The notes beneath the pieces are model-generated. The model did no database searches, had not been told where the DNA came from, and was given only the letters and a program-made list of their open reading frames with translations. A DNA stretch of 64,000 nt. Source: Pseudobdellovibrionaceae bacterium. Its GTDB lineage: Bacteria > Bdellovibrionota > Bdellovibrionia > Bdellovibrionales > Bdellovibrionaceae. Below are positions 9,919 through 19,639 of the stretch, piece by piece. Both the position numbers and the translations under genes were made by a program. The stretch is from contig JBIKLL010000003.1 in NCBI GenBank assembly GCA_044359815.1, positions 32,001-96,000 on the forward strand, given 5' to 3'. The first letter of the stretch is position 1, and each line of letters begins with the position of its first letter.

Positions 9919-10733
9919 AAGTAATTGCTGCATTTCATGACTGGGCTGAGAGTTTTGAAGTCAAAACAATTAAATTCGTGAAGGACATTGGCGAAATTTG
10001 TTTGTTTGCAGTTTCAACCATTAAAGTTTCTTTTGAAAAACCATACAGATATTTAGAAGTCGTCAAACACATGGAATTTGTGGGCAATCAATCCGTGTTC
10101 ATCATTGCGCTGACTGGATTGTTCACGGGCTTGGCCTTGTCGTTTCAAGTTTATTTGGGTTTTAAATTAGTGAACGCTGTGAATCTGGTAGGTCCGACGG
10201 TTGCGTTGGGAATTACTCGCGAGCTGGGGCCGGTATTGACGGGTCTTATTGTTGCAGCTCGGGCAGGAGGAGCTATGGCGGCTCGCTTGGGGACAATGCG
10301 GGTCAATGAACAAATCGATGCTCTTGATGTGATGGGTGTTAATACCAAACAGTATCTGATTGCCCCCAGAGTTTACGCGACAATTATTTGCATGCCTTTG
10401 CTAACCGCCATTTTTGATTTTGTAGCGATGCTGGGGTCTTATGTTCTGTGTGTAAAATTAGTTGATCTGGATGAAGCTATATTTTGGGATAAGATCAGAT
10501 CGACGTTAGAAGTCCGTCACATTAACGAAGGGCTTTTTAAGTCTGCAATTTTTGGTTTAGTCTTTGCCTTTATTTGCACCTACCGCGGATTCACTACAAC
10601 CGGCGGAGCCAAGGGCGTCGGAGAAGCCACAAACAGAGGTGTTGTGATCTCGATGGTGATGATTATTGTATTAGATTATTTTTTAACTAATTTTATCAGG
10701 CTGTTTTATTCTCTGACAGGGATTGCGTCTTAG
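9915..10733 (+). CDS. mlaE: MlaE family lipid ABC transporter permease
   Basis: RELGPVLTGLIVAARAG, LGTMRVNEQIDAL, GGAKGVGEAT. Confidence 0.92.
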   Translation: MKVIAAFHDWAESFEVKTIKFVKDIGEICLFAVSTIKVSFEKPYRYLEVVKHMEFVGNQSVFIIALTGLFTGLALSFQVYLGFKLVNAVNLVGPTVALGITRELGPVLTGLIVAARAGGAMAARLGTMRVNEQIDALDVMGVNTKQYLIAPRVYATIICMPLLTAIFDFVAMLGSYVLCVKLVDLDEAIFWDKIRSTLEVRHINEGLFKSAIFGLVFAFICTYRGFTTTGGAKGVGEATNRGVVISMVMIIVLDYFLTNFIRLFYSLTGIAS

Positions 10734-11489
10734 ATGGAATCAGCAATTATCCTAGACGATGTTAAAAAAACTTTTGATAACAAGGACTATATTTTAAATG
10801 GGCTTAATTTAAAAATTCCTAAAGGCTCATTGACTGCCATAATTGGTTTTTCGGGCACAGGTAAATCCGTAATGTTAAAACATATTCTGGGTTTGATAAA
10901 ACCGACCTCAGGATCCATTAAGGTTTTAGACCGAGAAGTTACTGATATGGACAAAGACGAACTGACGATTTTTCGCAGAAGATTTGGAGTTCTGTTTCAA
11001 GGAGCAGCTTTGTTTGATGACATGTCTGTTTTGGAAAATGTTTGCTTTCCATTGATTGAGCACCGCAGAGAGCTGACGGAAAAACAGATGATCGATATTG
11101 CCAGCAGTAAATTGAAACAGGTCGGTCTTGAGGAAAAGCATTTTGAAAAACTACCTTCCCAAATTTCTGGTGGTATGCAGAAGCGAACGGGTCTGGCCAG
11201 GGCCTTGGCCCTGGATCCTGACATTATTTTTTATGATGAACCTACCACTGGACTGGACCCCATTCTGACTGAAATGGTTGATAATTTAATCTTGGAAACT
11301 CACAAGCACAAAGAAGGTATGACTTCGGTCATGGTGTCTCATGATTTAACAGCAGCCTTCCGAATAGCAGATTACGTTGCCATGCTTAACGCCGGGAAGG
11401 TGTTATTGTTTGGAACGCCAAAAGATTTCTTTAACACAGAAATCGAATTGGTGAAAAAGTTTGTGGCCAAAGGAATGAAGCACGAATGA
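10734..11489 (+). CDS. mlaF: MlaF family ABC ATPase
   Basis: Walker A GFSGTGKS, LFQGAALFD, ISGGMQKR, YDEPTTGLDP. Confidence 0.92.
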   Translation: MESAIILDDVKKTFDNKDYILNGLNLKIPKGSLTAIIGFSGTGKSVMLKHILGLIKPTSGSIKVLDREVTDMDKDELTIFRRRFGVLFQGAALFDDMSVLENVCFPLIEHRRELTEKQMIDIASSKLKQVGLEEKHFEKLPSQISGGMQKRTGLARALALDPDIIFYDEPTTGLDPILTEMVDNLILETHKHKEGMTSVMVSHDLTAAFRIADYVAMLNAGKVLLFGTPKDFFNTEIELVKKFVAKGMKHE

Positions 11490-12862
11490 AACTACTGCAA
11501 GCTGCAGAATTTAGAGTCGGAGCCATGGTACTGATTGTATCATCTCTGATAGCTTTTATGTCGATGCAAGTCACCAATGACCCCAGCTACATGGGAAGAT
11601 CAAACGAAGCATGGTTTTTAATGCCGGATGCAAATGGTTTGGTTAAAGGCAGTGCAGTTAAGAGTGCTGGGATTCCGGTAGGGATAATAAAAAACATCAC
11701 TTTGCAAGACGGTCAGGCACGCATGGAAATTTCGACAAGACCTGATTTTAAATTGTTTCAATCAGCTGCTATTGAAATCAGATCACAGGGCATCTTGGGT
11801 GATAAGTTTGTATCATTGTATCCGGGATCACCCACTGACCCTCCGCTTGAAAAAAATGGACAGATTCTGACGATAAAGGATTCAGGTTCACTGGATAGTT
11901 TGGTGACCAGTGTGGGTGATGTGGCAGGGTCATTGAAAGAAACTGCGCAAGCGTTGAAGGAAGCCGTGCAGGGTGACGGAACCAGAAAACACGTCCTAGG
12001 CAGAATTGTTTCTAACATCGAAGTTTTAACAGCTGACATTGCTCAGATGACGACTCAAAACAAAGAACAAATTGGCGAAATCGTTTCACAGGTCAACAGG
12101 GTTACTAAATCCTTAGATGATATCTTAAATGGCGACGGAGATGATTCGTTAAAGCAACAGCTTAAGCGCACTATGGCTCGGCTGGATTCAGCAATGAAAA
12201 ACATCGATGAAATCACCGAAAAGGTTAACAAAGGTGAAGGCACAATTGGCCGATTGATTAATGATGAAGAAACCGTTGAAGAGCTAAACACAGCCATTGG
12301 CGGAGTGAACGGATTTTTGGATACAGCTGGCAAAATGCAAACCGGTTTGGATTTTCACAGCGATTATCAAACCAGCTTAGGTGTGACCAAAACAACTGTG
12401 GGCATCAAGATCCAACCGGGACTGGACAGATATTATTACCTGGGGATTGTTGACGATCCGGCAGGCGTGGTTGAAAAAACCGACACCAGTTTGACAACGG
12501 GTGGGGTTACAACTGACAGTTCCGAGGTCAAAACCTATAAAAGCAAAACTAAATTTAATTTGCTGTTTGCTAAAAACTTTTATGATTTCACCATCAAGGG
12601 CGGTTTGATGGAAAACGCCGGTGGCGTGGGTTTTGAGTACAATATTTGGGCTGATAAATTGAGGTTTTCATTAGATGCTTTGGAATTCAGTAATCTGAAT
12701 CTGAGAGCACAGTTGCAGTGGAATATCTGGAAGGGCGTTTACGTCCTGGGTGGTGTCGGAGATGCTCTGGATAAACAGAGCAAGCGAACCAGTTATTTTG
12801 GTGCAGGATTATTGCTGACCAATGATGATTTAAAAATCCTTATGACTAAATTACCATTATAA
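11486..12862 (+). CDS. mlaD: MlaD/MCE protein with long helical region and C-terminal beta-strand-rich domain
   Basis: N-terminal TM, ANGLVKGSAVKSAGIPVG and QGILGDKFVSLYPG MCE motifs, GEGTIGRLINDE helical motif, alternating beta strands in the last ~170 aa. Confidence 0.88.
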   Translation: MKLLQAAEFRVGAMVLIVSSLIAFMSMQVTNDPSYMGRSNEAWFLMPDANGLVKGSAVKSAGIPVGIIKNITLQDGQARMEISTRPDFKLFQSAAIEIRSQGILGDKFVSLYPGSPTDPPLEKNGQILTIKDSGSLDSLVTSVGDVAGSLKETAQALKEAVQGDGTRKHVLGRIVSNIEVLTADIAQMTTQNKEQIGEIVSQVNRVTKSLDDILNGDGDDSLKQQLKRTMARLDSAMKNIDEITEKVNKGEGTIGRLINDEETVEELNTAIGGVNGFLDTAGKMQTGLDFHSDYQTSLGVTKTTVGIKIQPGLDRYYYLGIVDDPAGVVEKTDTSLTTGGVTTDSSEVKTYKSKTKFNLLFAKNFYDFTIKGGLMENAGGVGFEYNIWADKLRFSLDALEFSNLNLRAQLQWNIWKGVYVLGGVGDALDKQSKRTSYFGAGLLLTNDDLKILMTKLPL

Positions 12863-12882
12863 AAAACAACAAAAGGAAGATT

Positions 12883-13500
12883 ATGAAAAAATTAATTTTG
12901 TGCATTTTAACGGGATTGGTTTTCAATGTTCAGCAGGCATCAGCTGCTGGCGGAAGTTTAGTTGGTTTTAATGTGGGATCAGGGATTCCTTATCTGACAC
13001 AGGCTGGACTGAACTACGTGACTGCTTCCAGAAATTTTAGCTTTGAATTGGGTTACAATGCCTTAAGTCTGACTGCGACAACAGCGGCTTCATCAATTTC
13101 TGTCGGTCTCAATAAAATGGAATTTTCACTGCGATGGCATCCATTTGCAGGATCATTTTTTTTAGGAGCAGGGTTGGGCCAACAGACTATGTATTCTAAG
13201 GCATCAGAAACTATTTCTTCACAGGTGATTGAATCTAAAGTTGAAGTTAAATCAAATGTATTAACCACACAGGCCGGTTGGATGTGGGGAATGGCCAATG
13301 GCGGATTATTTTTTGGGATTGATTTTGGATTTCAAAACCCATCAGGTGCAAAGACCACGATCACCACAAATGCTGATACTGCAATCGAAGCTACAACAGA
13401 CTATCAAACCTTGCTTACAGACACTGCAGAGCAAGCCAACAAATACGGCAATACCGGTTTTGCAACATTCACGTTTTTTAGATTGGGATATTTGTTTTAA
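12883..13500 (+). CDS. Small outer-membrane beta-barrel protein
   Basis: Signal peptide (QASA), RWHPF..SFFLGAGLG strands, C-terminal RLGYLF beta-signal. Confidence 0.7.
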   Translation: MKKLILCILTGLVFNVQQASAAGGSLVGFNVGSGIPYLTQAGLNYVTASRNFSFELGYNALSLTATTAASSISVGLNKMEFSLRWHPFAGSFFLGAGLGQQTMYSKASETISSQVIESKVEVKSNVLTTQAGWMWGMANGGLFFGIDFGFQNPSGAKTTITTNADTAIEATTDYQTLLTDTAEQANKYGNTGFATFTFFRLGYLF

Positions 13501-13544
13501 TAATTTCAGTGACAATTTGATGCTGTAAAAATAAAAGAGTCTGT

Positions 13545-15059
13545 ATGTTTAAACAGGCTCTTGTCTCTGTATCTGATAAATCTGGATTGGTCGAATTTTT
13601 GAAGCCCTTAGTCGCTAAGGGATTAAAAATTGTTTCAACGGGTGGAACATTCAAACACCTCAAGGATAACGGAATTGCAGTCACGGACATCAGTCAGCTG
13701 ACAAAATTTCCCGAAGTCATGGATGGCAGGGTAAAGACCTTGCATCCCAATGTGCACATGGGTTTGTTGGCTAGGGATTTTGTCCCCGGTGATTTAGAAC
13801 TTTTAAAACAGCATGGTTTGGAGCCCTTTGATTTAGTCATCGTAAATCTGTATCCCTTTGAAGAGGCCTTCAAAAATCGTCAGAAACTGAACGATGCCGA
13901 AATGATTGAAAAAATTGATATCGGCGGACCATCAATGCTCCGAAGTGCCGCAAAAAGCTTTCCGCGGATCTGTGTGATTTGCGATCCAAAAGATTATTCT
14001 TGGATTTCGCAAAAACCTGAACTGACTCTGGCTGATCGCAAAAATCTGGCAGCCAAAGTTTTTGCCCACACATCCACCTATGATTCCCTGGTATTTAAGT
14101 TTCTGAATCCGGAATGGGGTCCGGAATTCAGCTTGGGTGGTAAACAGGTAATGGAGCTCAGATATGGTGAAAATCCTCAGCAAAAAGCCAGTTGGTATTC
14201 CCTGGCAGGATCCTCAGAGGGCCTGCATTTTTCTGAAATCATTCAGGGGAAGGCTCTGAGTTACAATAATATTTTGGATTTAGATGCTTCGCTAAAATTG
14301 GCTTTGTTGTTTGAGCAACCTGTTTGTGTATCTGTTAAACACAACAACCCCTGTGGTGTAGCTAGTGACAAAGATTTTTTTACGGCGGTTGAAAAATCCA
14401 TCAAGGCTGATCCTGTCAGTGTGTTTGGTGGAATCATTGCAGTTAACAGACAGGTCACAGGTGATGTGGCAAAAATGCTTTCAGCAATTTTTTTGGAATG
14501 CGTGATTGCCCCTGATTACACTCAAGAAGCGTTGAAGGTTTTTGAAAACAAAAAAAACCTAAGGGTTTTGAAATTAAAAATGGATTCTTTGACTGCAAGC
14601 TATGATTTTAAAACTGTTTTAGGTGGTTTTTTATTGCAATCAGCTGATACCAAGTGGGGCAACACTGCAGATTGGGATTTTAAAAATCAGAAAATTGATG
14701 ACAGTGTTTTATCTGATCTAGTATTTGGCGAAAAAGTTTGCGGGTCATTAAAAAGCAATTCGATTGCTATCGTCAAAGACGGGCAGACTTTAGGCTTGGG
14801 AATGGGCCAGGTAAATCGAGTCGAGGCTGTTCAGCATGCGATAGACAGAATGAAGACCCATCATGGTGAAATCAAAAATACAGTGTTAATAAGCGATGCT
14901 TTCTTTCCGTTTCCGGATTCGATAGAGATCGCGGCCAAAGCCCATGTAAAATATATTTTGCAACCGGGCGGTTCTGTAAAGGATAATGAAGTGTTAGCAG
15001 CGGCTGAGAGGCTAGGTATAACAATGATCCTTTCACAGAATAGGCATTTTAGACATTAA
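13545..15059 (+). CDS. purH: Bifunctional AICAR transformylase/IMP cyclohydrolase
   Basis: ALVSVSDK, STGGT, DGRVKTLHP, IDIGGP, LRYGENP, KHNNPCG, SDAFFPF, RHFRH. Confidence 0.97.
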   Translation: MFKQALVSVSDKSGLVEFLKPLVAKGLKIVSTGGTFKHLKDNGIAVTDISQLTKFPEVMDGRVKTLHPNVHMGLLARDFVPGDLELLKQHGLEPFDLVIVNLYPFEEAFKNRQKLNDAEMIEKIDIGGPSMLRSAAKSFPRICVICDPKDYSWISQKPELTLADRKNLAAKVFAHTSTYDSLVFKFLNPEWGPEFSLGGKQVMELRYGENPQQKASWYSLAGSSEGLHFSEIIQGKALSYNNILDLDASLKLALLFEQPVCVSVKHNNPCGVASDKDFFTAVEKSIKADPVSVFGGIIAVNRQVTGDVAKMLSAIFLECVIAPDYTQEALKVFENKKNLRVLKLKMDSLTASYDFKTVLGGFLLQSADTKWGNTADWDFKNQKIDDSVLSDLVFGEKVCGSLKSNSIAIVKDGQTLGLGMGQVNRVEAVQHAIDRMKTHHGEIKNTVLISDAFFPFPDSIEIAAKAHVKYILQPGGSVKDNEVLAAAERLGITMILSQNRHFRH

Positions 15060-15060
15060 C

Positions 15061-16755
15061 ATGGAAAAAATTTGGTTAGTTAAAGCTTCCAACAGAATTC
15101 TGGGTCCCTATGATTTGGATGAACTCAAATCATTGATTTTGGATTTACAGGTTTCAATGATTGACGAAATTAAAACTCCTATCAGTCGATGGAAGTTCGT
15201 TCGTGAACATTCAGACTTTCGTGACATTGTTTTGCAGGTCCGACAAAAACAGGCCGACAGTAAAGAAGACACCGTCCGCATTCCATTGCGTGGGGATGAG
15301 TTCACTCAAACGCCAACACCGATTCCCAGAATCTACACCGAGGTTGAAAACAAAGCGCAGGAAGAGCCTCTGCCACCCAGACCAGCGCAGTCTCAGGAAA
15401 CTAAATACTATGCACCTATAAATTATGGTCATGTCCGTACAGCCAACACCGACAAAGCTTCTTGGGTGACTCCTATTTTGTGGGGTTTGGTAGGCGTAGC
15501 TGTATTTTTAATTTTGAAGGTTATGTTCGCCCCATCAAACACAAACAACCTGCAAATCGGTGGGGGCATAGGTTATGAGGAATATTTGGGTTTAGCAAAG
15601 TATCATCAAAACGTGGGTGATCTGGCAAAATCTTTCGAAATGTATTCTAAAGCTTTGGCGATTAAAGATCTGGACGGAAATTCAAAGGTCCAAATGGCCT
15701 CGTTGATGTTAGCACTTCAAGGCCGCACGGTCGAAGTCCGAAGGCTGATTGATGAAGCTAAAAAAAGCATGGCTCCAGAGCCCGAAGGCTTGCGGCAAAT
15801 GCAATTGCTTGTGGCACTTTCTTTTGTCAAAGAAAGCCGTTTAGAAGAAGCGAAGACTTTTTTAAGTGAGCTTAAAGATCAAGATCCTTTAAAAAATAAA
15901 ATTGGTTTTAATTATGTGGCTTTGTTGATTCGGATGAATCAATTTAAGGCGGCCTTTGACGAAGCAAAACTGCAAATTGCTGCCAGCGCTGATATGGCTG
16001 AATTGTATTTACTGAAAGCCGTGGCAGCCTTTAGAGCACCGGAATCCACCGAAGTAGAGCTGAAGGAATCAATCGAGGATTTGGTTAAATTTTCTCAAGC
16101 CAGAAAAGATTATTTGTTGGAGTCAATTTTTTTAAAAGCCGTGATTGAACACAGGCTCAAAAAAATTCCAGATATGGAAACTTCTTTAAAACAATTGTTG
16201 GATATGCCCTATGATTTAACCAAAGATCATGTGCATGACGTGTACATTGATTGGGAACCCGTTACTTTCGCTGCGCTGAATGAGGAATGTCAAAAAACAG
16301 CCAATTTCGTAGAAGGGTATTTAGCAGTCGCTATGCGGGGCTATTGCCATTTGCAGTCAGGGCAAACAGCACAGGCTAGTGAGGTTATAGATAAAGGTTA
16401 TTACCAATACAGCAGTGAGCCTATCCTCAGAACTTTGTATGCGATGTTGCTGGTAAAACAAAATCGATTTGACGAAGTAAAATCCTTGCTCAGGCTTGCC
16501 ATCACTCCAAGGATCCGTGACCTGATCACAGCGGAACTTTGTGTGAAGGATAAAAATTGGTCTTGTGCTGAAACCAGCTGGAAGACTATTTCTGAATTGG
16601 ATCCCAAGGATCTGTATGCCATAAAAGGTTTAGCGACAAAGAATATCGAAATTGGCCAAAAAAGCGTGGCTGAAACTTTGGTAAACAGTGGTCTGCAGGT
16701 CAGTCCAAATTTTCAACCCTTTATGGAGATGAAGGAAAGACTCAGTGATAAATAG
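15061..16755 (+). CDS. Membrane-anchored protein with N-terminal GYF_2-like domain and periplasmic TPR repeats
   Basis: WLVK..RILGPYDLDELK...W GYF-like motif; Pro-rich linker; one TM; helical TPR-like C-terminus. Confidence 0.65.
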   Translation: MEKIWLVKASNRILGPYDLDELKSLILDLQVSMIDEIKTPISRWKFVREHSDFRDIVLQVRQKQADSKEDTVRIPLRGDEFTQTPTPIPRIYTEVENKAQEEPLPPRPAQSQETKYYAPINYGHVRTANTDKASWVTPILWGLVGVAVFLILKVMFAPSNTNNLQIGGGIGYEEYLGLAKYHQNVGDLAKSFEMYSKALAIKDLDGNSKVQMASLMLALQGRTVEVRRLIDEAKKSMAPEPEGLRQMQLLVALSFVKESRLEEAKTFLSELKDQDPLKNKIGFNYVALLIRMNQFKAAFDEAKLQIAASADMAELYLLKAVAAFRAPESTEVELKESIEDLVKFSQARKDYLLESIFLKAVIEHRLKKIPDMETSLKQLLDMPYDLTKDHVHDVYIDWEPVTFAALNEECQKTANFVEGYLAVAMRGYCHLQSGQTAQASEVIDKGYYQYSSEPILRTLYAMLLVKQNRFDEVKSLLRLAITPRIRDLITAELCVKDKNWSCAETSWKTISELDPKDLYAIKGLATKNIEIGQKSVAETLVNSGLQVSPNFQPFMEMKERLSDK

Positions 16756-17512
16756 TTTGCTGATACTATTTTTATTTTTAGCACAAGCTAATGAGTCGGC
16801 TCCGAACCAAGGCGGAGGAGCTGCCGAAAATGAAGTGCCTCATAAAGAGGAAGCCCCTCAGGAAACCGGGAAAGAGGTTGTTGTTAAGGACATGGGGGGC
16901 GAAGTTTGGCTTCCCAGTAAATTATTTGAACTGATCGAGGAAGATCCCTCTGCTGAAAAACCAAAAGACGCGAAAACTGAAAAAAAGTCTGATTTCAGTA
17001 AAATGGGATCGCTATCAATGGGGGGGATTACATTCACCACCATCTCGGTAAAACTGTGGGAAAAAACCCCAGGCGTTTTAAAAAACGACAGGTACACTAT
17101 CCAAATGCCAGTGGGCGGTGGCGAAATTGATTTGAGCCAGTACACCACAGGTAAAAAGGGGACATTCTTTGTGGACTTTCGAATCGACGACGATCTAGAA
17201 AACGAAAATCTGGAAGTCTATTTTGTGTCAAAAGGCCGCAAGCGTAAAATTGATGGACAGATATGGGGCGCTGGCTGCAAAAAAATATTAGATATCAGCA
17301 ATTTTTTTAAATCGACCATTCATAAAGGACTTTTTTCAGTCAACACAACTGACTCTAGACATCTGACTGTTTTGGGCGGACATTTTGTTTTTGCAGCACA
17401 TGTCAGACGGCAAATCAGAACGGCACAAATTACTTTTAAGGACTCACAGAAGCCCGAATATTTTTGTCCGATGGGACAGAGCAAATTTTCTAAAGAGGAC
17501 GCTAAGGAATAA
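16745..17512 (+). CDS. Hypothetical secreted protein
   Basis: Signal peptide, acidic linker, beta-rich domain with two Cys; overlaps upstream gene. Confidence 0.6.
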   Translation: MINSLLILFLFLAQANESAPNQGGGAAENEVPHKEEAPQETGKEVVVKDMGGEVWLPSKLFELIEEDPSAEKPKDAKTEKKSDFSKMGSLSMGGITFTTISVKLWEKTPGVLKNDRYTIQMPVGGGEIDLSQYTTGKKGTFFVDFRIDDDLENENLEVYFVSKGRKRKIDGQIWGAGCKKILDISNFFKSTIHKGLFSVNTTDSRHLTVLGGHFVFAAHVRRQIRTAQITFKDSQKPEYFCPMGQSKFSKEDAKE

Positions 17513-17995
17513 ATGATTGATTTTTTGAAGGCCTATAAAAACTATGATCCGGCCGCTAAATCTTATTTAGAAATAGCTGTCTTGTATCCTGGCCCTCGAG
17601 CAATTCGTTGGCACAGGCTGGCTCATTTTTTTTACAATTGTCGGTTGTACTTTATCGCCAGAATGATTTCTGAACACAGTCGATGTTGGACAGGCATCGA
17701 AATCCATCCTGGTGCAAAGATTGGAAAGCGATTGGTCATTGACCATGGGATGGGTGTTGTTGTTGGCGAAACTGCAGTGATTGGTGATGATTGCATTATC
17801 TATCACGGAGTCACTTTAGGTGGTACCAGCACCAGCCCCGTGAAACGTCATCCAACAGTCGGCAATGGGGTTTTAATTGGTGCAGGAGCAACAATATTAG
17901 GTCCCATAAATATCGGTAACAACAGTAAAATCGGAGCCAACGCCATCGTCACCAAAGATGTGCCCGAGGGAAAAACCATCGTCGGTTATCTTTAA
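17513..17995 (+). CDS. cysE: Serine O-acetyltransferase (short form)
   Basis: [44 protein letters not shown]. Confidence 0.9.
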   Translation: MIDFLKAYKNYDPAAKSYLEIAVLYPGPRAIRWHRLAHFFYNCRLYFIARMISEHSRCWTGIEIHPGAKIGKRLVIDHGMGVVVGETAVIGDDCIIYHGVTLGGTSTSPVKRHPTVGNGVLIGAGATILGPINIGNNSKIGANAIVTKDVPEGKTIVGYL

Positions 17996-18199
17996 AAACA
18001 TTTTACAATTTTGAAATAGCAAAATGCTTTTAGAGATAACTCATAATGGTGAACCAAAACGTTAAGTGATGGCGAATTTCGGCACAGTGATCAAAAGTTA
18101 GATAGGTCATGAGTCTTCAGATCCAACAGATCTCTGTAGGTAAAAGCATGATCTTTGTAAGTGTTGGTGTGGATTAATCTTTTACCAGATGAGGAACAA

Positions 18200-18946
18200 A
18201 TGAGGGATATAACTGTAGCATTGGCGTTTATGGGTTTAGTCGGTTTTGCAAACAGCGGTTACACTCAAGAATCTGACAAAGTCCTGGTGACCAGTGGGTA
18301 TGTTTTGTCATTCAATAAACCAATTGTGATATCAAATACGTCTAATGAAACTGATTACGTCAGTTCTTTGGTATCAAAGGGTTCAAGACACTTTAACAAA
18401 AAAGTTTCTTACAGAAACAATTTATTAGTTTCTACTATTGAAAAGGTAGAATCTGTTTCAGCCAAGCTAACTATCAAAGAATCTTTTATTTGCAATGCAT
18501 CTGCAGAAGTTTCTGGCAGAACTAAGTTGGTTGCAGGATCTGACCGTTCAACCAGATACACTGTTTTAAGCAAAACCAGAAGCGCCTATACATTGGCTAA
18601 AGAAGGCAGTTCTAGAAACTCTTTTAAAATTGAATGTAAAATTCAAACAGAAGTTGTTGATGTTAATGATTTAAGAGTGATTCCTAATAAGTCAGGTCTT
18701 CGCAAACAGGAAGCTGCTCGCCTGAAGGCCATGTACAGCCACAAAAATCCGTTAAATATTTTTAGCAGCAGCATTGAAAAACTGATTCACGCTAAAATCG
18801 TTTCACCTGTGATTCAACCCATGGGTAAAATGAAAACTAAAAACATCGGATTTGATCCTTCTGATTCAGAAGTTATCGACGAGACAGAAATGTCTGCTGA
18901 TGAACTCAGATTGGAAAATGAGTATCAAAAATCATTAAGCATCTAG
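18200..18946 (+). CDS. Hypothetical secreted protein
   Basis: SD GAGGA before ATG 18200; signal peptide. Confidence 0.6.
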   Translation: MRDITVALAFMGLVGFANSGYTQESDKVLVTSGYVLSFNKPIVISNTSNETDYVSSLVSKGSRHFNKKVSYRNNLLVSTIEKVESVSAKLTIKESFICNASAEVSGRTKLVAGSDRSTRYTVLSKTRSAYTLAKEGSSRNSFKIECKIQTEVVDVNDLRVIPNKSGLRKQEAARLKAMYSHKNPLNIFSSSIEKLIHAKIVSPVIQPMGKMKTKNIGFDPSDSEVIDETEMSADELRLENEYQKSLSI

Positions 18947-18958
18947 GAAGCAGACTGA

Positions 18959-19639
18959 ATGAAGTTTTCAGCTATTATTGTTTTATTGCTGCATTTATGT
19001 TTACCAGCTGTAGGACAGTTTAGCTGCCAAGACATATTTCTACCGCAACAGATCTCGACTGATGCCTTGTCGGTCCTAATCAAACGTGAAAATCAAACAA
19101 TCGTTTATGCCAGAACCAACCGCGGAATCCTGGAGCTATCGACTGAGCACTATGGACCGAAAATAATGAATCTTTCCAGATTCAAAAACAAAATTGTTAT
19201 GGATGCTGGATGTGGCGACGGTAAATTTGTTGAGCAATTAAATAAACTTGGGGTGCAAGTTTTTGGCTTGGATCTGCATTTAACTGAATATCAAAAGTCC
19301 AGACCCAATCTGTTTCTGCAAAAGGATCTGCGTCAGACGGAACTTCCTGGTGAATCAGTTGATTTTATTTTTTCCACATGGAGTGTGATCAGTTACGAGG
19401 CCGGGATTGATAAATCATCAAAACTGGTAGTCGATGTGTTGAACGAGATGAATCGAGTACTGGCACCCGGGGGCTATATGTATATAAGCCCCAGGCCAAC
19501 CAGCAAACTGGGTAGCACCTTAGTTCATTCTCACTTAATCAAATTGGGTTTAGAGGTCCAAGAATTTTCCTATGGCCCAGATGAAATCAGAGTCTACAAG
19601 GGCCTCGAAATCTACAAGCCCATTTCTGAAAAAAAATAA
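18959..19639 (+). CDS. Class I SAM-dependent methyltransferase with N-terminal signal peptide
   Basis: VMDAGCGDG motif I, GLD, VDFIFS, EMNRVLAPGG; hydrophobic N-terminus. Confidence 0.82.
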   Translation: MKFSAIIVLLLHLCLPAVGQFSCQDIFLPQQISTDALSVLIKRENQTIVYARTNRGILELSTEHYGPKIMNLSRFKNKIVMDAGCGDGKFVEQLNKLGVQVFGLDLHLTEYQKSRPNLFLQKDLRQTELPGESVDFIFSTWSVISYEAGIDKSSKLVVDVLNEMNRVLAPGGYMYISPRPTSKLGSTLVHSHLIKLGLEVQEFSYGPDEIRVYKGLEIYKPISEKK

